A DNA stretch of 40,314 bases from a virus. Lineage: Duplodnaviria > Heunggongvirae > Uroviricota > Caudoviricetes. Shown here piece by piece: positions 35,505 to 40,314 of this stretch. Location: the IMG/VR virus record IMGVR_UViG_2541047163_000016; one strand, written 5' to 3'. The notes beneath the pieces were generated by a model, which was given only the letters and a program-made list of their open reading frames with translations, was not told the DNA's origin and made no database searches. Within the stretch, counting starts at the first letter, position 1, and the number at the start of each line of letters is the position of its first letter. The translations under genes and the position numbers were made by a program.

Positions 35505-36433
35505 ACCTGTGAGAGTAATTCAGGGTTGGTATAAACCTCTTTAAAGGCCGCATTAATATGTTTTTCTGTCAGCGCCGCGCCTTCACCGCTGGCGGTGAGC
35601 CACGCCTGGTTAAGCGTATGTGTCAGAACGCGTAACGCTCCCGGCTTTTCAGCGATAGCCTGCATGACGGCCAGCTCGGCCTCACCACTGATCCCCCACG
35701 CCCTGGCAATGGCCAGCACATCCGCCTTTTTGGCCTTGCGAAGTTGTTTTGTACGGGCAAGACGGCTGAACAGGCGCGATAAATCATCAAAGGCGCGGCG
35801 TCCACCTTTAAACAATCCGCGCGGGTTACCAATAAGCACCATCCCGATCCCCGTGGCGTCCTGAATTGCCCGGAGTTGCTCCAGACCGTCAATACCCAGA
35901 TGATCCGCCTCATCCACAATCACCAGTCCACGCGTTCCCATCAGGCGACGGCGGATGGCGCGGGATAATGCCCCTTTGTTCGCGCGGGTGTAATCAATCC
36001 CCAGCGCATCGGCCAGCTCCAGCAGACACTCCGTGACGCTGGAGTGCGCGGGTGACAGGGTGATCATCCAGGTGTTTGGTTGCTCCTGGCAGTAATTACG
36101 GGCAGTGGCCGTTTTACCCACACCCGGTACGCCCACAATAACGTTAATACAGCCCATCAGACGAACCGCCTGAAACAGTGCGCGCAGCTCCTGGACTGTC
36201 TGCGTTTCCACAAACTGCGGCGGTTCCGGCAGTGCGCTTTGTTTATTCCAGTTTTCATACCAGGAACGCAGGGAAGCAGCCACAGCGGCGTTATCGCCTT
36301 TATATTTCCCCTTGCGGAAAGCCGATAATGTGCCGTCGGAAATTCCCGCCTCTCTGGCGATGGCATACTGCGTCAGTACGCCGCCATCAATAAGTTCATC
36401 AATGGTCTTGATTACATCGTTAATATCAGTCAT
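35501..36433 (-). CDS. B: Transposition ATPase / target DNA activator B (MuB-like)
   Basis: ...EPPQFVETQTV...VGVPGVGKTATARNY...TWMITLSPAHSSVTECLLELA...LVIVDEADHLG...AEKPGALRVLTHTL closely parallels the recalled MuB sequence including the Walker A motif; ATG preceded by GAGAGG. Confidence 0.9.
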   Translation of the reverse strand: MTDINDVIKTIDELIDGGVLTQYAIAREAGISDGTLSAFRKGKYKGDNAAVAASLRSWYENWNKQSALPEPPQFVETQTVQELRALFQAVRLMGCINVIVGVPGVGKTATARNYCQEQPNTWMITLSPAHSSVTECLLELADALGIDYTRANKGALSRAIRRRLMGTRGLVIVDEADHLGIDGLEQLRAIQDATGIGMVLIGNPRGLFKGGRRAFDDLSRLFSRLARTKQLRKAKKADVLAIARAWGISGEAELAVMQAIAEKPGALRVLTHTLNQAWLTASGEGAALTEKHINAAFKEVYTNPELLSQV

Positions 36434-36504
36434 ATTATTAACCTCTCATTTGATACCTTGTTTAATCAAATAACCTGAGTCGCCGCTCGGGTTATTTTTT
36501 TATT

Positions 36505-38595
36505 TCAGGCCAGCGGGTCATTTTCTTTTAATTTCGCTTCCAGCAACTGCAATCCCCGCTGGAAATTACGCTCGTATTCTTCATCAGGTTCATCGTCAGC
36601 GACCGGTTGCTGAACGGTCACCGTATTACCCACAGGGCGGTATATGTTTTCCAGCCAGGGCTCCTGCGGCTTGTGCTCCAGCACGTTGACAACCTCATCC
36701 TCGGCATCACGGATTTTTTCCTCTGCGCGTTTACGCATGCCTTTAAGGCGTTGCTGCTGTTTGTAGTATTCCGCGCTGACCGGGAAGGCTTCGCGTTTAT
36801 TGCCGTCCCATACCGCCTCGCAAATCACGCTGCCATCCAGGCGACGTACGGTAATTCGTTCGGCATCATGAATGTCATAGCTGATAAGCACCTTACGGCC
36901 ATGCTCGTCACGCAGCTCGGGCGCGTAGTAAATATTATTCAGCCAGCGTATTTCACAGCGTCTTACAGGGCGTTCCACCATCGGCCGGAACATATCCCGC
37001 AGCTCAACATCGGACAGCCATTCAATTTCCGTGTCCTCTTCCGCCAGGCGTTTTTTTCTGAACTCCGCCGGGCTGTAATGCTTGCCGTTCGGCTTCACCG
37101 GTAATTCATCGTGCGGCCGGTTGTTGTACCACTCAACACCGTCACGAATGGCATCAATCAGTTCAGACCAGGACGGTAAATCACGCATCGCTGACTGCTG
37201 CCGGGCGTTCAGCCGTTTGCCCTGTTGCAGGGCAGTAAATGCCGAGCGTAAATCGCGGTTGGTTTTGCGTAACGTCTCGCGATCTGCACCTTTCCCGAAA
37301 TAGGTGCGGTATTTACGGGCTATGCGCATCGGTAATGTGCGGTTAAGCCGTTCGATAATGCCTCGTCCCTGCGGATTACCGGCAATCCCGGTCGGGTGAT
37401 TAATCCCCAGTCGCGGCAGTATCCCCACAACCTCCTTATCCAGGATGTCGGCGGTTTCCCCGGAGCCGTTATCCGAGTAATACAGAAACGGTTTGCCGTG
37501 ATGGCGAATGCCGTGCTGTATGGCACCGGCTACGGCGAAAACATTTTCAGCCAGGTCAAGGCTCCAGCCCACCACAAAGCGCGTGCCACCGTCGATAACA
37601 AAGGTCACTTCCGGTGCAAATGGCCGACCGTGAACCGGGTGTGCGCATTTCAGCTTCATGCCGTGACCGTCACCAATCCAGACATAATTCACCGGCATTC
37701 TGGACCAGTCGCGGCGCGTGAATCCCTCAAGCTGGCGGTATTCACTGCCGGTCACCCGGCCTTTTTGTTTCACCACTTCCGGCAGTTTCTTCATTGCGCG
37801 GCGAATGGTGTCATAAGACGGCATGATATCGAGCATATAAGGCTCATCAGCGTGCCGGTGCTGCCATTCAGCGACAAAATCCTCGTAAGCCTCGGTCATT
37901 GGTCGGCCGTTTGACTGGCGATACTGCGCCAGAAATTCGGGCAGCCAGTTAATATCTTCGGCTTTTATTTCCTGGCGCTTACCCGGTGCCAGTAAAAGCA
38001 GGCGTTCAGCGGCGTTCTGCGCCTTGTTAAAGGCCGCAATCCAGCGTTTCAGCGTGATTTCACTTAACGCGCGGCTGTTTCCCTTTTTGGCGTTCGCCGT
38101 CTCAACCATTGCCACAATGCGCTCGTCCAGCTGCGAACGTGCCAGGTTGTCAACGATAAACCGGATAGCCTTCGCACAGCTGAAACCAGGTTGTTGCGCG
38201 ACTTTCAGAACTTCGCTGACGATCGCGATTCGTGCATCAGCCACCTGGCGCTGGTTTTCAGTCAGGGCATTAAGGCGTTCGACCATCAGTTGTGGTGATC
38301 CGCGATATGCCTCCACCGCATCAACCACGGCAGGCGAGCGTCTGGCCTTTGTCACCACTGGAGCCGGTGATTCATCGACTTTTTGAGTCATCAGTTGCAG
38401 GGCGTAGCGTTCACGTAATGCCTGCTGCGTCACTTCAGGTAAACAGTCGATGCTGTATTCAGTTGCTTTAGAGCCTGAGCGACGACGGGAACAACAGCTT
38501 TTCCCTTGTACGTAACGTTGTAATGCCTGGCGAATACCTTTTGTTGTAGCAGGCATTCCGGGCGCGCCAATCAGTTCTTTTGCAATGACATACAT
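36505..38595 (-). CDS. A: DDE transposase A (MuA-like)
   Basis: 696-aa ORF directly after ner with GAGAAAGG before the ATG; central region with WIGDGHG... and DNG motifs resembles the MuA catalytic core. Confidence 0.9.
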   Translation of the reverse strand: MYVIAKELIGAPGMPATTKGIRQALQRYVQGKSCCSRRRSGSKATEYSIDCLPEVTQQALRERYALQLMTQKVDESPAPVVTKARRSPAVVDAVEAYRGSPQLMVERLNALTENQRQVADARIAIVSEVLKVAQQPGFSCAKAIRFIVDNLARSQLDERIVAMVETANAKKGNSRALSEITLKRWIAAFNKAQNAAERLLLLAPGKRQEIKAEDINWLPEFLAQYRQSNGRPMTEAYEDFVAEWQHRHADEPYMLDIMPSYDTIRRAMKKLPEVVKQKGRVTGSEYRQLEGFTRRDWSRMPVNYVWIGDGHGMKLKCAHPVHGRPFAPEVTFVIDGGTRFVVGWSLDLAENVFAVAGAIQHGIRHHGKPFLYYSDNGSGETADILDKEVVGILPRLGINHPTGIAGNPQGRGIIERLNRTLPMRIARKYRTYFGKGADRETLRKTNRDLRSAFTALQQGKRLNARQQSAMRDLPSWSELIDAIRDGVEWYNNRPHDELPVKPNGKHYSPAEFRKKRLAEEDTEIEWLSDVELRDMFRPMVERPVRRCEIRWLNNIYYAPELRDEHGRKVLISYDIHDAERITVRRLDGSVICEAVWDGNKREAFPVSAEYYKQQQRLKGMRKRAEEKIRDAEDEVVNVLEHKPQEPWLENIYRPVGNTVTVQQPVADDEPDEEYERNFQRGLQLLEAKLKENDPLA

Positions 38596-38596
38596 A

Positions 38597-38845
38597 TCAT
38601 GACGCCTTTCTCATATAGCTCTTAACCTGGTATCGACTGGGCCAGATTTCTTCAGGCGATACCCCAAGAGCATCAGCAATTATTTGCTGATACGGTCGGC
38701 AAGGAGTACGTAATACGCTTTTCAGCGAATCCCTGCTGTAACCAGCCTTTAAAGATAAAGAGCGCAGTGATAAGCCAGCCATGTGTAAGCGCGCCTTGAT
38801 GATTTCAGGCGGCCAATCGTGATCTGAAACTTCTCTTCTACTCAT
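38597..38845 (-). CDS. ner: Ner-like DNA-binding protein
   Basis: ...LSLRSLSLKAGYSRDSLKSVL...QQIIADALGVSPEEIWPSRYQ parallels the recalled Mu Ner/Nlp family sequence; first gene of the early operon, divergent from the repressor. Confidence 0.85.
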   Translation of the reverse strand: MSRREVSDHDWPPEIIKARLHMAGLSLRSLSLKAGYSRDSLKSVLRTPCRPYQQIIADALGVSPEEIWPSRYQVKSYMRKAS

Positions 38846-39012
38846 ACTTCCTCTATTCTAAAAAGTTACCCGCGCGGATATTCGTGCGGATATCTGTACG
38901 GGTAAATAATAGAACAAACAAAAGAACCAAATCAAGGTATTTTGTTCTTTTTATTCTTTGCGGTGTTTTTGTTATTAATATCAATAAGATAAATACAAAG
39001 GAACCTGAGAGC
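38846..39012. promoter_or_regulatory. Divergent early control region (operators and promoters for repressor and ner-A-B)
   Basis: 167-bp gap between divergent starts; direct repeats GCGGATAT at 38874-38881 and 38886-38893; 7-bp inverted repeat TTACCCG (38866-38872) / CGGGTAA (38899-38905); AT-rich tract 38940-38990. Confidence 0.5.
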
Positions 39013-39597
39013 ATGAACATGAAAAACAGTTCTTTTCTCGACGAAGGAAAAGAACCAGTGATCGAACGGATTTTTCGTCTTGCAGAGCGTTACAAATCGA
39101 GAAGTGAGGCGGCTAGAGCATGGGGAATAAACGTTCAGACATTGCAGAACTACTACAAAAGGAGAAACAATCAGCCGCCACCACAACCAAGAAAGCACCA
39201 TCTCCAGAACATTGCAGAAAGAGAACATGTATCTATGGAGTGGCTAGTCAATGGTTATGGTGATGAGCCAAGCATGAAAAAAGAACCAATTGAACAAACA
39301 AAAAGAACAAAAAAACAAAGAATTGATGATAGTGATTCCATCATCATGAGGGCGTGGGACTCGCTAACTTCATCTGAACAAGAGATTTTGTCCAACTTAT
39401 TGATCAGAAAAGGGGCCGAACTACTAACCGTTTTGCTTGATACAGATATTCAAAAACTGCACTCATTGAGCGGAGTCAAAAGAGCACTAGCATTGAGTCT
39501 ACAAGAGTTACCCGATGATACTGTAAGAGAGATTTATGAAGAATGTGAAGCTAAGGTTAATCATTTAAATGTAACCCAGAAAAAGGCTGGTGCGTAA
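39013..39597 (+). CDS. Repressor (Mu c functional analogue) with N-terminal helix-turn-helix
   Basis: ATG at 39013 with AAAGGA 9 nt upstream (track start 38884 is GTG inside the operator region); N-terminal ...RSEAARAWGINVQTLQNYYKRR looks like an HTH; divergent from ner, at the left end as Mu c is. Confidence 0.7.
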   Translation: MNMKNSSFLDEGKEPVIERIFRLAERYKSRSEAARAWGINVQTLQNYYKRRNNQPPPQPRKHHLQNIAEREHVSMEWLVNGYGDEPSMKKEPIEQTKRTKKQRIDDSDSIIMRAWDSLTSSEQEILSNLLIRKGAELLTVLLDTDIQKLHSLSGVKRALALSLQELPDDTVREIYEECEAKVNHLNVTQKKAGA

Positions 39598-39694
39598 GGG
39601 AGTGGTGCAATTTTTGTGCTGTAGTACACTCCTTTAAAGACAATCTGGAGAAAAACGTTTTAAGCCTTTTTAAAGCCATTTTAAGCGTCAATCC

Positions 39695-39869
39695 GTAGTA
39701 TCAAAAGTTTTGCCGATTTTAGAATAAACGATTAATTATTGCACAATCGGTATCAAATAGACTTTAAGCGCTCATCCAGACATCACCTGTTTTATTTCAG
39801 TATCTTACAGGTGATTTCACCTCCTTTCACTAAAACCCTCGTTGGTATCAAATGATTCACCTGGTTACA
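39695..39869. repeat. Left-end (repressor-proximal) cluster of putative transposase-binding repeats
   Basis: GGTATCAAA at 39844-39852 and 39749-39757, GTATCAAAA at 39698-39706 (reverse complement of the right-end TTTGATACC), spread over ~170 bp like L1-L3 of Mu attL. Confidence 0.5.
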
Positions 39870-39908
39870 AATGGCGCCTTTTTTATTGCAGAAAAGCGAG
39901 AGGTAATT

Positions 39909-40314
39909 ATGCGTAAACTTTATGCCGCCATTTTGTCCGCAGCCATCTGTCTGGCCGTATCCGGCGCGCCTGCATGGGCGTCTGAGCAGCAGGCCACGCT
40001 GAGCGCGGGGTATCTTCATGCCCGGACGAGCGCTCCCGGTAGCGATAATCTTAACGGGATTAACGTGAAATACCGTTATGAATTTACGGACACGCTGGGG
40101 CTGGTGACGTCATTCAGCTATGCAGGAGACAAGAATCGCCAGCTTACCCGTTACAGCGATACCCGCTGGCATGAAGATTCCGTCGTAACCGCTGGTTCAG
40201 CGTAATGGCGGGGCCGTCTGTGCGCGTGAATGAATGGTTCAGCGCGTATGCGATGGCGGGTGTGGCTTACAGCCGTGTGTCGACTTTCTCCGGGGATTAT
40301 CTCCGCGTAACTGA
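39909..40314 (+). pseudogene. lom: lom-like outer membrane protein gene (Ail/Lom/PagC family), frame change near 40175-40182, 3' end outside window
   Basis: Signal peptide MRKLYAAILSAAICLAVSGAPAWA and ...GINVKYRYEFTD... in frame 0 to the stop at 40203; the protein continues in frame 2 (RFRRNRWFSVMAGPSVRVNEWFSAYAMAGVAYSR...), paralleling the recalled lambda Lom sequence. Confidence 0.6.

Larger units (their letters stand above)
551..39869. mobile_element. Mu-like transposable prophage, apparently complete
   Basis: Contiguous Mu-type gene set (repressor, ner, A, B, gam, gemA, mor, lysozyme, terminase, portal, F, G, I, major head, sheath, tube, tape measure, N, P, baseplate, tail fibre, gin, com, mom). 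Both ends read inward as TGTA followed 18-20 bp later by TTTGATACC. Exact termini uncertain by about 2 bp. Confidence 0.85.

Noticed and set aside
37396-37914. 172-aa plus-strand ORF inside the transposase A gene
   Set aside because: Antisense to the transposase gene; no independent signals.
38884-39012. ORF-track start of the repressor gene at 38884 (GTG)
   Set aside because: It would place 43 codons across the operator region; the ATG at 39013 has an AAAGGA ribosome-binding site 9 nt upstream.
1-40314. tRNA, rRNA and other structured RNA genes
   Set aside because: No cloverleaf-like or rRNA-like segments were recognised by eye; a proper tRNA or covariance-model scan has not been run.

Overview
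The window is almost entirely one complete Mu-like transposable prophage (about 551-39869, ~39.3 kb), nested inside a lambdoid prophage between a J-like tail-tip gene (1-520) and a lom-like gene (39909-end). The Mu-like element lies inverted relative to the usual Mu map: repressor (+) and ner-A-B (-) are at the high-coordinate end, com/mom (-) at the low-coordinate end, and nearly all genes are on the minus strand. Recognisable modules, high to low coordinates: repressor/ner operator region, transposase A and B, an early accessory region (~17 small genes including gam, gemA, mor), lysis genes (SAR lysozyme, overlapping spanins), terminase/portal/head genes, tail sheath/tube/tape measure/baseplate, a tail fibre with a Gin-type inversion module, a ~3.3 kb AT-richer cargo island (large carbohydrate-esterase-like protein plus small genes), then com/mom. 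Points worth a second look: the nested insertion into a terminator hairpin, frameshifts in both flanking lambdoid genes, an asymmetric and possibly locked inversion module, the cargo island, a 13-14 unit hexanucleotide repeat inside a head-region gene, and a Dam-site palindrome upstream of com/mom. No tRNA, rRNA or CRISPR array was seen. All homology statements rest on reading the translations and on recalled family features, not on database searches.
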